64,000 nucleotides of DNA from Lingula anatina (GCA_051362555.1 CM120640.1:5332001-5396000); one strand, 5' to 3'; counted from the stretch's first letter, positions 47,741 through 63,334 are shown. Notes: generated by a model from the letters alone, not told the origin. Program-made: numbers and translations.

Positions 47741-50700
47741 TTCTTTTGCTACGTAGAATCAGCCGGGCGACCGACATTAAAGCCCTAGAACCCTTGGCGT
47801 TAAACCAAATAACGCAACAAAATGATTAAGGACCATTACACCAATATTGGCACTTAACATGTTGTCTAAACTTTTTAAAGTGTATCGAACGACTTGAAGA
47901 AATTCCAAATAAATGTTCTATAGAATTAAAGCAGATTAACTGACTCACACTTCACTAGAGTCAAAGCCATGTTAATAGCGTTTATCCATGAAAAACTCTG
48001 GTTCAAGTCTGTGTGTTTCCATTGTAAACCAAACCACAATTTGCAAACCGGTCATATAGTGTATCACCGAAGAAGAAAAATATCTACGTAATTGATTGGA
48101 ACAACTTCAAAGTTGTTTGTTAAAAAATAATTATATATCAATTAATATACACGGTATGAAATTGAAAAGGGGTGTTACCTTGTAGAAACCCTGAAAACGA
48201 TGGGACTTTACCCAGTTTTCTGCGTCTGTTTAAATTTATAAAAAGCAACTGAAGTCATGACTGCAGGTTCGAACACATCATCATTATCACTTGGAAAAAA
48301 AACAGTTTATGACTTTAAGTAAAAACAAATTTGATTTTTTCCTTGTCAGAATTGACGAAATGTAATCGATTAACAAATTGCAACAGAATGTAGGTCAAAC
48401 AAGAACATCGGTTCCAAGTAGGTGTACTGAGCGTGTTTCCCAACACTTTTAAATATCGTGTATATGGTGAAAGAAAATGAAATTGCATGTATTTAGAAAG
48501 GTGTATTTAATTCTGTTGCTTTTCTTTGAGCTGTTAAAAAATATGCCTCAACCCGTCGATATCGTGCAATATGGATCTGGTAATCGTGTCTACCAACATG
48601 CCAAAAAGCAGTCAGCTATAATTTGCACTAATTGGAACTTTTGCCAATGCAACGTCGAGCGAGTGATTTTATTATCTTTTTTTCAGCACTCGCTTGGCAA
48701 GTGTCTGTGGATCTGAAGCCCGTTGGTTTTTATGCCATTTATATGCATAATGTGACGATAACTTGGAACAGCATATTTGTAACTCAGGAAAGAAGAAACC
48801 ATACCCTCAAAGGATATGTATAATTGCATTGTTATATTGTTTTAATTGCTTGTTTTGCGAGCTAAGTTTGGCCGAGATTTCTGGTGCTACTAAGCTACGC
48901 TAGACTTGTATTGCAGTCCTGTATCCTGAATAAAATACCATTGGATGTAGTTATGTGTAAATGTCAGAATATCTTTAGGATTAACTTTGTTCATCATACA
49001 CACAGAGAAATAGGCATAGAAAAGACAAAGAGTAAGATGTAGCATTTCGTGTTGACATTTCTTCACTTCTTTATCCTAAAGTTACATAATGATGTGGCTA
49101 ACAAAAGCACTGAGTGTTATGCAATAAGATAATGTCACAGTTGATCGTTTGGGAATACCGGTTAAGACTGAATTCAAGTGAACTTCAAAAAGACGTTTTT
49201 CTAACACTCCAATGTGTTTTTTATTAATTTTACCCTTTTGTTTAATGACATCTTACACGCGTGGTTTCTAAGGGTGGGGTATAATATGGAAACCGTCATT
49301 TGAGTTTCGAACTTTGAAGCTTTTCCGTTACATGCAAACACGAAATCGTACCTAAACCAGGCTGGCTCAATCATGTTTTCAGAGAAAAGTCGTTATTCTA
49401 GTCAAATTAATGATAATTTCATTGATACAGGGACATATATTTAGCACAGAAGAGAGTGACGTATGTGCTAAACACGGATAACAAACAAAATATAGTATAA
49501 CAGCATCCATGAAGTCAGCCCCCTCGATTCCTTACTCACATTGCGTCACGTAGAGCTGTCCTGAGTGCCGTGTCGTTCTTAAGGAAGTGTACAGATCTTA
49601 TTAAAAATAATCTAAGTTACAATTTTCATGGAATAACCCCGTTTTTGTTTAAGTGGGCAAACCGGAAATTTCTAGTGCCTTCGTTCGAATCTTAAAAGTA
49701 ATTGATCCAATTAAGTGAAATGCGTCATGAGGGGCGCTTCCTGTCATGTTAATGAGACTCTTGCGTCTCATTTTTGGGGACAGAGCTTCTTCTTCACACC
49801 TTCACTAATTCTGATTTCAAAACGCCCAAATTGCATATAATCTCAGGTAAATAACTTAAAGCTAATATCCATGCTGTCATTGTGTATGTTGGATTCCATT
49901 GTCCTCATTATATAGAAAGGACGAGGTTGTGGTGCCACATATCCGGCTGATTGAAATAGTAACGCTATCCTACACGCATCAATCTGCAGGAACCAAATTC
50001 TGTACGCAGATTGGCAGGCAATTGGAAGAACAATTGAGAATGACATTTATTGAAAGTCCTGTTGTGGCCACATGACAACATACATGTATAGAAGCAACGG
50101 GTATTTTTCCCCGCGGCGCAGCCAGGCAAATCAAGTCTATAGGCCATACAGTAGATTTAATCTTGTATGTAATCTTTTAACATTGCAAACCGAGGTCATT
50201 TGCACCGCAGGTTCGGTCCTTAATTTGTCTAAACTAGGTTTTGTTTTACGAAAAATAACTTGTATCACCTATAAGACGAAAAAATAATAATTTGACGTAA
50301 TTTAGGAGATTTATCCACCGCCCTTCTGACATATAGCAACTTTTGATCTTGATATCTGCTGTCACCTGTGCATCATGGTGAAAAAAAAATCCCTAAAAAT
50401 TACCCAGTCGACCTCCCGACCTTTCAGCTTAACGATCTCACTGTAGGTGAATTATTCAGAAGGCAAAGGAATCTCGTGTGTCAAAGTCAAAATGATGTGT
50501 CAACCTCCAGGTCAATATTGCCAGGAGCAAGATATGAACAGCTTATACCGCGCACGATTTCAGAAAGTGAGTTTTATGAGAACGTGACCAATTAAAAGGA
50601 AATAAGAAAATGCAGTTTTGGCCTGGCGTTGGACAGCTGTTGTGTCACATTAACACAAAATTGTGAAGAGTGTTTTGATGAAATTAATAGTTATAATAAT

Positions 50701-51898
50701 GATTAGCTTGAATTCAATTCCCTGGGGAAACGGCGCATTTTCCTTTCAAATATTCATTGGGTACCAATAGACGATAAGTTTAATAGTTGTTATAAGTAGT
50801 ATTTGTATTTTAAAGCTTTTATGGTTCTTGTTTGGAAAATATTTTGAATCTGATTTCTTATTTCAACATGTATAACACATACGAAAAGAATACAAAAGTT
50901 TCTTTAAATACTTTTAAAGTGACTTATTCGTTTTTTTTCACTAAGGTCGTAGATTGAACCTTCTTCTAATCTCTTAAATTGTACCACGAACTCTTGTGCA
51001 ATTGAGTGTTTTTTTTATCAAATAGTTTAACGTCTTAATGAGATAACAACTGTTCGAATGAGATTCATATTTTATAATAAAAACAACTCATAGAAATATA
51101 ATAAACGCCATATACCACAAAAATAGCGGTTATCGCAATAAATTTAGAATCTGAGCTTGCCATCAGACCCGGACCTTCATAGATGGCTACCTACGTAATA
51201 ATCTCTTAAGAGATTATCACAAAAAAAAGCCAAAATTTTTAGGAAAAAAAAAACATAGACCAACTTTGAATGTCGGAATGGATTCATTTACAATTGGTAA
51301 GTGTGGTAAAACTGTCGAACAGTTGCTATCCGTTTAAGTTTAAGAGTAGATTATTCCAAAGTAAAATGTGAATGATTAAATAAAATTATTGATAATTCGA
51401 TATCTAAATGAACAAATAGTCGAATAAATGAATAAAAGATCGATAGAAAAGAAAGGAAAAAGTAAAACAGAAAGTCAATTAAGTGAGTCTGGCATTTTTC
51501 CATTAAGAATCACGCTTCAGACGTACTTCATTTTTTACTTTATTTTTCATTCCACGTTTACTTGGAAATTCTGTTAAACTTGAAAAAAAACTTGGTTTAC
51601 GACAATCGGTTGATGACAGTGTTAGCAGATAATGGTATAACGTCAGGGTAATAATGTTATTGTGTGAAGCACAACACATGGCAATGCGTCCCTCTGGAAA
51701 ACACATGTAATGTTACAAGGGGAGAAGGCGTGAAAACTGAGCAGCAGCATTCATTGCCCGAGTCGCATGCGTAGAAGATTGTGTGGGTGAAAATATTTGC
51801 CGCAGAAGTCGGTGCACTTGTTTATAGTTCTCATCGAATTTCCACCTTTTGGCTTTGTATTGTGAAAGACGGAAATGTATGGTTTGTTCTTCCAAAGG

Positions 51899-52087
51899 TA
51901 TAAATAGTGACTAAATGTTTTCGCAGCTTCAGACGTAGGAAATTATAGGAGGAGCGTGTTATGACTACCTGTGCCATCCCCAAACAGTAACAAGCTGTCA
52001 CCGGAGTGCCTGTGAGAAGACTGAGTGCTGCGGTAGAGAAAAACAATACCGAGTTATTGTACGTACGTATAAGACCATATGGTAAGT
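51899..52087 (+). promoter_or_regulatory. Candidate core promoter and first exon ending in ATG|GTAAGT for an unidentified plus-strand gene
   Basis: TATAAATA at 51899; Inr-like TCAGAC with A at 51931; ATG 52079-52081 directly followed by consensus donor GTAAGT; NRF1-like TCGCATGCGT at about 51763. Confidence 0.35.
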
Positions 52088-55000
52088 AAAGTCTTACGAT
52101 GCCGTTCGATAATTTAGTTATATTTTCTTAAGAGGAAAGTGCGTCAGGCAGCCCAAACTGTATCAGTTCTGAATTACATTTATTTAATGAGAATGAATGC
52201 ATGGGTGTTGCAAGGATTGAGAAATACCAAATACAAGTAAAGCCATCGGGCAAACATTTTAAGTGGCACTTGATTCGCATAATTGATATATCTTCCGTTA
52301 TTTAATACAGTGTAAGGATAAGCAGTAGTCAAAACCAAAGAAGCCGTGCTAATTAGAAAGATTTTACCAACAATCAAGAACATTGATTTTTCGATCCGCC
52401 CGTAACGCTCATCTTTGTTTGACGTATCAGTTACATTAAGTATGCACTTCTTTAATAAGATACAGGTTTAAAATGTTGTCCAGAAGCAAATTAGCGAGCT
52501 AGATTACCCAAAGCCTGGTGACTGGTAGAGTTACTAATTAATATCTTAATGCACAAATAGCTTCATCCTTTTCAGAGCGAATCAGATTAAGAATTCAGCT
52601 GGGGGAATCGGATGCCTCATATTCATCATTGATATCTAAGAATCTCACCCGTGACGAAAAATTGTTTTGTGTGGGCATTAATTTGGATACTTTGTTTTCA
52701 AAGGGATACGCACGTATTTTTTAGGTCATTCAATGTGAGATCTGATCTGGGGGTGGTAGCTGTTATAAGTGCCGACCAAATTCGTAACCCGGTACTCACA
52801 GAAAGAAGCAGCGCCATTTAAAACTGAAGCTGCTAGTGAAGTTTAGAAGAACTCTCAATTGCCAATTCCACAATTGCAGTTGCCATCTGTGAACCTGATA
52901 GCTATTGAAAGTAATCTAATCGTTCGAGGAACAAAACAGGAAATTAAGCGTCTTGCAGGACTGTGTCATAACTTTAAGGTACAAGATAAACTGTCGGCGA
53001 GGTCAGTGTTACCTTTACTTGGAGACAAGAGGAGACGGCAGGTACGGAGAACGGGCAATTTTTCTGCAATAAAAGCCAGACTTTTTAGTGTTTATCTCTA
53101 AGGACAGTTCTCACATAGAGAGACGGGCACCTGCAACGGTAAGCGATCTGTGTTTCCGGTTTTACGACGTCTCCTAGATTGATGTTCTTGGTAATGTTTT
53201 ATCTTCATTGATACCTTTTGTATCTTTGATTACCAGGGATTGTAATTTGCATCTTTTTTGCAATTTTTAATATACTTTACCACTAATTTTATAATGCCTG
53301 TTATCCAAGTTCTTGTAGAGTGATGTATTTTATGTATATTTATCAAATATATAAGCGCACACATTAACAGGTAACTCATAATTGTCCATTTCATACCATT
53401 ATGTCACTGCATTTTTCTTACTGATATTTCCTCTGCCGCATTACAGTTTTCTAGGTTAAACTGTGGCGTTTATTCAAAAACCATAGTTTCAAAGCGCAAG
53501 CCGCGATTGAAACGTTTCGGAAATTCACCTATAATTTTCCAAAGAAACTGATAAATGTGCCATCTTCCGCACACGCACATTCTCCTGGGAGTCTCCTGTT
53601 CTACAATAATGTACAGGTTGATATCTTCCAGGAATTTACCTTTACAACTTCTGAAATATGATCGTTTTATTCGCCTTTACTGACGCAGTGACTGTTTCTT
53701 TCTTTCTTGGCCGGAGAAGACAAAATGGTGTAAACAGGGTACTGTCAATCAGGTTTGGAATGAATTCGGGCACTTGTCCAAAATTCTAAAGAGCGTTGCT
53801 CCACCCTGTTAAAATGAATCATTACGATAGCAAGAATGGCGTTGTCCAAGGAACTGCAAAAAGATTACTGCCTTGCAATTAGTTGTATAGTTGGGTCATC
53901 ATTTTTGTATTGAACGTCATATTCCTGGTAGGAAAAAAAAACTACTGCGTCAAAGCTTTTCAGTACAAATAGTTTTAGTATTTAACGAAACTTTTTTTTT
54001 ATATAATCTGGTGGATAATTTTATGAATATCTTTACATTCCCGGTATTCACTATAGTACTTAAAAAAAATTCTGACTTAACGACGTCTCGGTATGTGTGG
54101 CTTGAAACTGATGCGACCTGATGTTATTATAAGCTAGCGACACTGCATATTTAGTATGTCTTGTCTCGCAAGAGAAAAATGACTCAGCATACAAACGTGT
54201 ATAACAAGATAAAACACTGTGTACATGTACATGCCTTTGTGTCCCTGCGATATACAAATGTAAAAGAAGCGCAGCTGCGGTAACAGTTCTTGTAATGCTG
54301 CTCGAGCAATTGATTAAAGCATTTTAGAATATGACATCTACACAAAACCATCCCAATAACATCGACACCAACAGAGTTGACACGATTTGTGGTGCTGTAT
54401 CACAATAAAAAGTAGTATTATTGGAACATTAGTCGTAAGTGAATAACGAAGAAATAGACGATACGACTAGCATCATCGGTTGGAATATTAATGCCATGTA
54501 TTTTATATAAAAGATTTTCTATATACGTTTGAATAATTGTTAATCTTGGAATATCTGACAATTATTACTCTATCTAAATGTGTGTAAGCATATACCAAAA
54601 CGATAAGAAAAAAATCCAATCCAGTTGGGGGCTGAAAAGGCGGTCTTAGTCCGTTCATTTTATACACTATCTTCTTTTTACTTGATGAAGGACAAACTTT
54701 AGTAACTACAGCTCAGTTCCTAGTTTTTCTGAGGAAAATGACATAAGGGTAACAAAAAGCTTTATATTTTGATAAAGCTACGTGTCTCGTGTACCACCTC
54801 GTACTGGCCCGCCATTGTGAAAGACTTTTATTATTGCGCTACGAGCGTATTAACTGTACTAACGACAGTGACGTTAGAGTGACAGTTTCGGATCTCTTAG
54901 ATTTATTTTGTCCAAATCATACCCTGCAGCTCTGACGCTACGGATGGTGTTTGAAGGCTGATGGTTCCACGTCTCAAATGCGAAGTCAAATTGGGAACGC

Positions 55001-56139
55001 TTGCACCCACTTATTCCACTGGGATTATTTAACCTCTCTCTCTTTTTGCATTTGTGCCTTAAATCTCATGAAAATGTTGATTTGGTATCAACATCCATAA
55101 TTTGTCCCAAACTGACACATGTCAATGAAACAAAATAGCATTATGCGCCTTAGTAATTCAATTAGAAGTACTTTAGAACGAAATCCTTTGATAGCACTGC
55201 TCAAAACCATTGTTCAATGGGCATATGCTTTTATATGCCTGTTTATTAGAAGTCTCTACTCATTAGTGCAATTTGACTTGCAAGTGAGTATTTTATTCAT
55301 GACTCCCTTACTCTTGCGTGTAGTTTCTTAGATCTGTTAGAAAAAAAAAACTCCCTTGCCGCTGTAATCTGACATCTGCATGTAAAAGACTAACCTTTCC
55401 TAGTAACTGGTATCAAATCAACTCAAAAAGATTTACTTCAATAATATAGTCATCTAAGCAAAAAACACACAAATTGTTTCATATTGGAAATCATTAAAGT
55501 TCTCGTGAACAAGACAATGCAGAATGTTTTGGCGGATGCATTAGAAAAGCACGAAGTGAAATTAAAGTGCAATAAGTAACGCCAAAAATTGATTGCTAGT
55601 AAAGAGTGTAAACTTTATATTGATGCTGACGTTATTTGTCTGTTATATTTTTTTGCAAGTTTATCCATTATGCCATTCAAATGTAATTGTTTAATGAAGT
55701 TTCCATTGATGTCATACTGCACAGATTTCCTCTCAAACAAAACCGAGCAGTGGGCATATTTCGACAAAACCATCTTAAAATATCGTGTTATGATGTACGA
55801 TCGCCTCCAGCTTCTTGTTGTCAGTATAATACTCACAGTTGTGCCTTATTAGGCTTCATTCATGTCTATAAACACACCTTCACGTGGTAGAAGAAAACAT
55901 TTCCTTTCCTTGCATTTCCCCCCATTTTTGGTACTATTATATTTCTATAGAGTTATGTTTTTTTCTCAAACTTTGAGCTTGATCAATACTTAATAGACGC
56001 CCTTGAGGAAGGTAGCAATTGACTTAATTTAATTTACAGGGAAAATAAGTTTTTGCGCGGCAAAAAGTGCAAGTCATGCCAAGTGTCATTTACTTCAATC
56101 CCCGTTCGTAAGTGATTTTAAGCCTTGTCTTTTTTCTAT

Positions 56140-56147
56140 TTTTATTT

Positions 56148-56186
<39 letters not shown>

Positions 56187-56192
56187 TTATTT
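56140..56192. repeat. (TTTA)n microsatellite
   Basis: Seen directly. Confidence 0.9.
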
Positions 56193-59100
56193 TTGTGAGG
56201 AAAAATTCAACCACATATCAACAATTGATAATTTACTTTTTCTTCTTCTTTTTTTATGTCAACTGATAAATTTCTAAAAACCAATCCGTAGATATCACCA
56301 CGGCCCCAGTACTGGGCACTGAAACCCAATTAAACCGTGTAAAGGGAGACGTTCTATTTGATAAACAGGAGCTAGAATGATATTAGGGGTTTCTGAAGTC
56401 TGGCTTTAAGCTTCAACAGGTAATTGAACGTGAATACGCCCCGTTTGATATTCATCCAGCACACACATTTTTACTATTCCGTGTCCATTTTGTTTAGTCA
56501 ACAGAATCCCCTAGCGTATGGATGGGTATTAGTGCCAATAGGAGATTAATGTGAATGAGTTTTATCCTTACAGCACTCTCGGCATTCTAGTATGCATGGG
56601 AGCCCACTAATCCACTTTCACGTCCAATTGTACATATATCTTACATTGCATTGTATTGGGTTTTGCTACGATTTAGTTAGTCTCTAATAGAAAAAAAAAA
56701 CATTTTATTAGATTGTAGAAAAGATAAGGGCGTTAAAACAGCGCAGCATACCCATTTGATATGATGAAAAAATTATATATCAAAATAATGAAGTAGGACT
56801 GTGAATACTGTTGGGAAGATATGGGAACGTACATGTACATGCACTTAACGTGAACATTACATATTGCCTAACCCGGTGATACTGGCGGCAGCAGAATCTA
56901 TCGCGATTAAAACAACACGAAAACACCATTTCAGTGCGTTATGAAGACTGGTTTACATTAGAAATTCAATCCTTTACAATGTATATGTGAGTGCGCGCTC
57001 CTCCAGATATATGCCATTCTCTCCCACAAGTCGCGCATTGCTTATATATCACCAGCTGACCGTATAAAGGCATGGTGTCGAACACATCGTCAACGTTCCT
57101 TATAAACCGAGCTGATTATACCATATACTTGTGTAAAATGGTTGTGGTAAATGATTATAAAAATGATGCATTTTACATTTTGAAATAGTAAAAAGGTACT
57201 CAACATTCTTGATATATATATGAAAAAAGAAATTCCCAGGCGAAATGGTTTTATTGGAATGAAAGCTTTCGATACATGTAAGAAATGGGATATGTCCGAT
57301 GTCTGAGGTAAAAGTACACGCTTTCAATGTTTTGTTACAAACTATAGTATATATATTTTCTGAAATATAGTTTCTCAGTATAGCCATGTAGGTATAAGAA
57401 GAGACTTTTTGTTTATAGTATACTCGAATGTATCTACAAAAATGTCCACAAAATGTTATCATTATAATTTAGATATCATTTTAAATAAAAATGCAGACAA
57501 AAAATTCACAACGAGTGCAAAACTAATTTTGTAAGGTTTAGAGGGGGATCTGATTGCTTTACAGAATTAATTTTTCATATTTAGAATAATGTCACCAGTC
57601 CGAATTAAAAGTCGATGGATTTTGCTATGCAGTGTGCTGGAGACTGTGATCGACTTGACCTAGGGTATCCGACAAAGATTGATAAAATGTGTCACAGGAT
57701 TAGACAAACAGCGTGCTTGCTATTTGATGTTCCATCAACATGTATATCCTCGCGTCCTTAGATTGGAATACAACAAAAATCAAAAACATACACATATGTA
57801 CATGTAGCAACCGTGAAATGAATGACAGGTGCACGTTGTCGATACGTCACTATCGGCAGGGACAGAAGACGGGTCATATTGTCTGAAAGGTGCCACGCGG
57901 TTTAATTTCAGAGTTCCCGGAATAGCTGCCATCGAGGACAGCCAGTGCATGTTTGATTCCCAATGACGCAGGTTTTCTGAAAAGTAATTTGCCTCTCATT
58001 AATCCATCATCCCTGATCCATCTCACTACAGGGTAAGGGACTCCTGTATAAGATGGTGTTGTGCCGGACACAAGTCTAATCTTGAACTAATCAACTCCTT
58101 AGCGGAAAGCTTTATTGACCCCCACCTATCGTGCAAATTACTATAATACAAAATGATATGTTTTAACTTATGGAGAATGACATACGGGTAGGCACGCTTC
58201 CAGGCGATTTTTTTCAATTGACCTGTCAAAATATTAGCAGTGTGCTAGTATTTAGATGTCAATGGTTTGTTAGTTCCTATGAAGTACATATGGTATAAAA
58301 AAAATTAAAAAAAAGGTCATTGCTTTATGATATGGTGTGGCTTGCCAAAACGAAGAACGCTGGTCAAAAAACATAACAGCAGTTCCTCGGTCTCTTTTTT
58401 TATAAAACCTTAAATCGTAAGGCAAGGGTATATTTTGAAATCATCCTTAATTATAACCTTTACTACGTTCTCTGCGTTCGCCTTGAGAGGGTGATGATGA
58501 CGATAATGATGATGGTGAGACTCAGTTAAAGGAATCATTTCAAAATAAAGCTGCATATATATATATATTTCACACAATGAATGATTGGTTTACTAAAAGA
58601 CTGATAAAATAACAGAAAGAAATTAAATCAGGTAAAATTAAACTTCAAGGTACGGTACTGAAAATTTTGCTGTTTCAAAAAATCAAAGTGTAAACATCTA
58701 CTCTGTACCCACAGCAAAGTGTGACAAAATTAATTACAGAATGAAAAATTACAACCAGCGACATTTTTCACTTAGATACATTGTATCCCAGGAATTTATA
58801 TTTTTCGTCACTGTCATGTCATGAAAACACCGCGTCTGCTCAAAATTATGTTTTTACCGAAAAAGAAAAATGTATCCACGTCATAACTGTTCTTGCATGA
58901 ACTAAGCTAACAGAAAAGGTTTATAAAGGTAGATGTGAAGTGAAGTCGGAGCTTGGCGCTCGGTAGAGAATCGGTAGGTAAACAGTAGAAAATGTCGATG
59001 GTAATTTGTTATTTTGATGCCAAAACCTCACGAGGGTTTCTCCTAGATGTTGTGTTATGCCTCAAATGTCAAAATGCAGGCAAAATGATTAATCAGATAA

Positions 59101-62100
59101 AACATTTCAGTAGATTACTGAAAGTTTTACAAAATCATCAATTGCAAATTTGGGACAGCACGCATTTGAGGGGGGCAGTGTTTCAAACGTATTTGTATTT
59201 ATTAAGTCTATCATATTTTGGCATTGATAGATAAAAGAAAAAACAGTGTTTTGTCCTCATTGGAAAGAGACATGTTCCGTAGAGGCGTACTTGCCGAGAT
59301 TATTAGCGCTAGACAGAAGCCTCCATTGGGGCACCTGTACGTACCATGGGAAGTGACGTCACACTGGCAGCTGTCCTTTCAATTAACTTTTACTGATGAA
59401 AAAATGTACCGAATGTAACCCTAACATGACGTTTAAACAATTATATGGGCATTTCCTTCCAAACTAAAGCACAAGGATATGGATTTTGACTGGGAAGTGG
59501 AAGTGCCACTTTTTTTAAGAATAGGTTTCTCTAAAACACCTAAATAGGCAACTGCGCGTAATTTAATTTTCTTTCACCTAGCATCATTTAACACGTTACA
59601 AATACCCAATGTAATGATTTTACCTACGTCTTCGGAGTTTTATTGAACAAAATTGATGTTGTAAATGGACACAAGCTGCATGTAAGACATTGCATGTACG
59701 CAGAACAAAGGCATACATCGTCCCCAGATCTGAACTTTTCAGAACTGCGGGCTTGTCTTTTAACATTCTCCTTTGTAAAATACTTCATCTCAGATGTCTT
59801 ACGTGAGCCTTGCTGCGTCTGCAGCTATAAAATACAGCAAGCAGTTCAGCCTTCATCGGGAAATACAAAGGCTATTTCTTTCTCTTGTTAGCATACAAAA
59901 TGTACATCATCAGCAGCTACAAGGGCAGTGTTGCGTGTCTGTGCAGAGTATTCGACACCAGAATTAGAATGAGAGAAAAAAAGCATGATAAACTGATTAT
60001 ACACTTGCAGGTGTCAGGTTTAACTCTTTCCGGCACGACTAATCTGTTCTTGTTCAGCAATTGAATTCAGAACAGTCAACTAATAAACTACTGATCACAA
60101 CGGACGTGAAAAAGACACCCTTGTGGTCGATGAAACAATTTTGTATCGAGATTCCAATGAGTTGATTATATGCTAAGCCATTTTCTGATTATCAGGCTTA
60201 TTTACGATCGAATTGTTCTCCTGCCATATTGATGGGAACATGTTGTGGGTAGACCCCACTTCAATTTCTTTAATAGTAATTGGCTAAGCTGCTCTCGTCC
60301 CTTGAGGATAAGATTTTTGTTACAAAGCCAGAGAAAACTATTCATTTTGACTCGGCATCTCCGTGCACAGGCGTAGGGGACGCTAGAAAGGGGGGGGGGG
60401 GGAGTCCACCCCACCTTACCCTCCACAAGGGGTCCACCCCACCCCACGCTTCGCATAGGGGACCCCAAAATTTCAGGCTATTTGTATAAAATACTTATTT
60501 AGGTCATTTAAATATGTCAAGAGCCGAGTTCATCTCCAAGTACAAAAAGGTGGCCCTTACCCCCCCCCCCCCCCCCCATCCGATATAGTGGAATTTGGAT
60601 CCTAATCGCCTTCATGGTCACTTTTTCAGGCCATTCACCTGCTTCTCGAGTCCATCACCTCATACGCGTTGCATAAACTACAGAAATAAACCCCCTCCTA
60701 TAGGGCTGCTTGTAGCCGTCTTGCAGCTTCCGGATGAAAACGACCGCAGGTTTAATTTGTTTCAAAAACGACACAAATTGACATAAATGGATGATGAACT
60801 CGTATTTCTCTTGTTTTGGCAGATATTGGCCCTTACTGGCAGTGTGTCATCAACATTGCAATTAATAAAGCTGCGTCTCTTGATTAAATAGAAAACATTT
60901 AATTGCTAATATCTCACTGGAAACACTCCTACTGGCACGTTACGAAATGGCACTACCAGAGGACATTGGACAGTAAACAATTGCCTCATGAGCTCATTTA
61001 AGGTTTAATTAAATACTGAAATGAGAAACATTCGTCTTGGGATGGTCGTATATCACATAATCTATTGTGGCCGGGGGCTCACTGACCTTGTATGACGTCA
61101 GCTGCATATGCAGTTTTAATGGAATTTTTTTCGAATACCGTTATTATAGTTTAGATATCCTCTTTGGTATCTATGTCTATATATTCTTAAGGTTTTTGTT
61201 TAAATACTAAAGACGAGATGAATATAAATTATTTATAAAAAATGGTACTAGAAGTTAAATCTTAAATATATGGCACACTATATGGTACTCGTGTACATAT
61301 GGCACATTGAATGATACGCCATAACTTGGCAATTAGTTTGGCCAAAGCTGAAGAATTCGGAACAGATTTGATCTTCAACAATTTGAATGATGGAAGCACA
61401 GAATGAAGTTCTTCGTGTCCGAGCATTATATTTAACTTTTAGAGCATTGTTTTCTTAACTCAATATCTATGGTAAAATTATACCAGTTCGCTGAGCTTCA
61501 GATTTTCTTTACAGATAATATTGCTAAATGTCCAAGAACCGGTATCTTTTAAAGTGAGTGACAAATACGTATCGATCAAGCTGCCCTAAAACTCAGGACG
61601 TGTAGAAACTAAAGGTTATGTTTGTTAACCAAGTTTACTAAAAGTTGGCGCAGACATAGATGAATGGTGATCCTTCTAGTTAGTACCAGCTAACAATGAA
61701 TTCATGAAAATGGTTCGGCTGCTGGAGAAGAGAAAGTAATATTAGTACTCGGGTTACTCAAAAAGTGAATAAATCTTGTAAATGTGGCATTTCTTTAAGG
61801 TAAAGTAAAGATGCGGTAGCATCAACCCCATGGTAATATAGTAAGTTTTCAGTAAAGATCTATTTATTAAGTTTTATTGTCACAAATTTACTAATTAAAT
61901 CCCCATACAATTTGGCAAAGGTAACGAGCTATTTCTAGATTATTCTGTCTGGTTTGCAGCTCTGTACTCTAGTACAAAGTACTCCAAAACCATTCTGACA
62001 CGAATATAGCCAGCCTATTGTACGGTAGGCCCCTCTTTGTTTATATAGGATGGATTTTATAATTAATAATAGATTCCAATGGTGTTTGAGACAACCCAAG

Positions 62101-63333
62101 AGGTACTATGCAATTAATAGACCGAACCCTTAACTTAAATAAAGCCCTTTGGGTCATATTGTTATGCATTTCCTTATAGTTCGCTATTCGGGAAATTGCA
62201 TTTTTTGTATGGAGTCACTGAAACGACAAATATAAGTTTAAACGTTTGGTGTAATGTTATCCGCTTGCAGAAAGAAAATTTAGTCGATAAAAGGTGAGCT
62301 TCCCGCCGATGTAAAACGATTGAGTGCACTGAATGTTGAGTGCCACTCAGCACACGTAGCAATTCCCTGTGTTTTGTATGAAAGTGTGGAATTAATAAGA
62401 CATGCGGCCAAACAAGCGGGGGAGGGTGACAGTGTAGATAAAAGACATAAAACTTGTTAAGAGAGAGAGGGTAAATAGAAAAGTGCCGTTCCATGCGTTC
62501 TTTGTTTAAGTAAAACCTGTAATGTGATGTTTATAAAGTAACAGTAGATCAGATCAGTTTTAGACCACTACTTCTATCGTAAGTCAGGATAAGTGAGCAG
62601 TGATGATACTGCATATTCCGGATAATGTATAGGATTCCCCTGAGGGCTAATTGAACATTAGACCTAGCTATGACGATACCAGTTTCCGAAGAAGAAAGAC
62701 CTTTAATAGTTAAGACAACTGAAGCAGATGAAGTAAAATTGCATTTGTTTTTCCATCAACAGAACATCATTATCTCTTCGTAATTGCATTGTTATGGTAA
62801 AGCATGGCGGGATTCATATACGAATCATGTGCATTTAATTACAGCTTTGTGGGCGTACTCGTGTACATATCAAACTTGAAAATAATTTAAAGTAAAATCA
62901 TTGTTGAAATCTACCATTTGTTTCGGATGCCTATTTGGTACAATTACATTTGTCTACACTTATGGGGAACTACCAAGAAAACTAAGAGCTGCCTACATTA
63001 TAGATTTACATCAAGTATTGCACGATATAATTATAATGAAAAAAATAACAATCAAATAATAAAAAGATATCTTTCCCGACATATCCGGTACTTAAGCAAG
63101 ATTACAAAGAAACCATTAGCAATGATATAAGTGGGGGGTTCTTACACGTTAAAGTAAAGAAGCTCTGAGAAAGCAATATGCATATTATAAATGCATTGTT
63201 TCTTCGCAAATTCTAGTTTAGGTATTTGAGATTTTTAAGGTTAAAGTCTCTTTGTAAATGTCATTATACAATTACATGCCAGCGAGAGACCAAATACAAA
63301 AGAATACGATGAAGGATTTACATGTAGTTGGTG

Positions 63334-63334
<1 letters not shown>

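Noticed and set aside
57874-58071. GVPYPVVRWIRDDG resembles an Ig I-set C-strand motif after a possible cag acceptor
   Set aside because: The frame lacks the D-x-G-x-Y-x-C cysteine, ends in a stop with no good donor, and no partner exons were found; likely chance.
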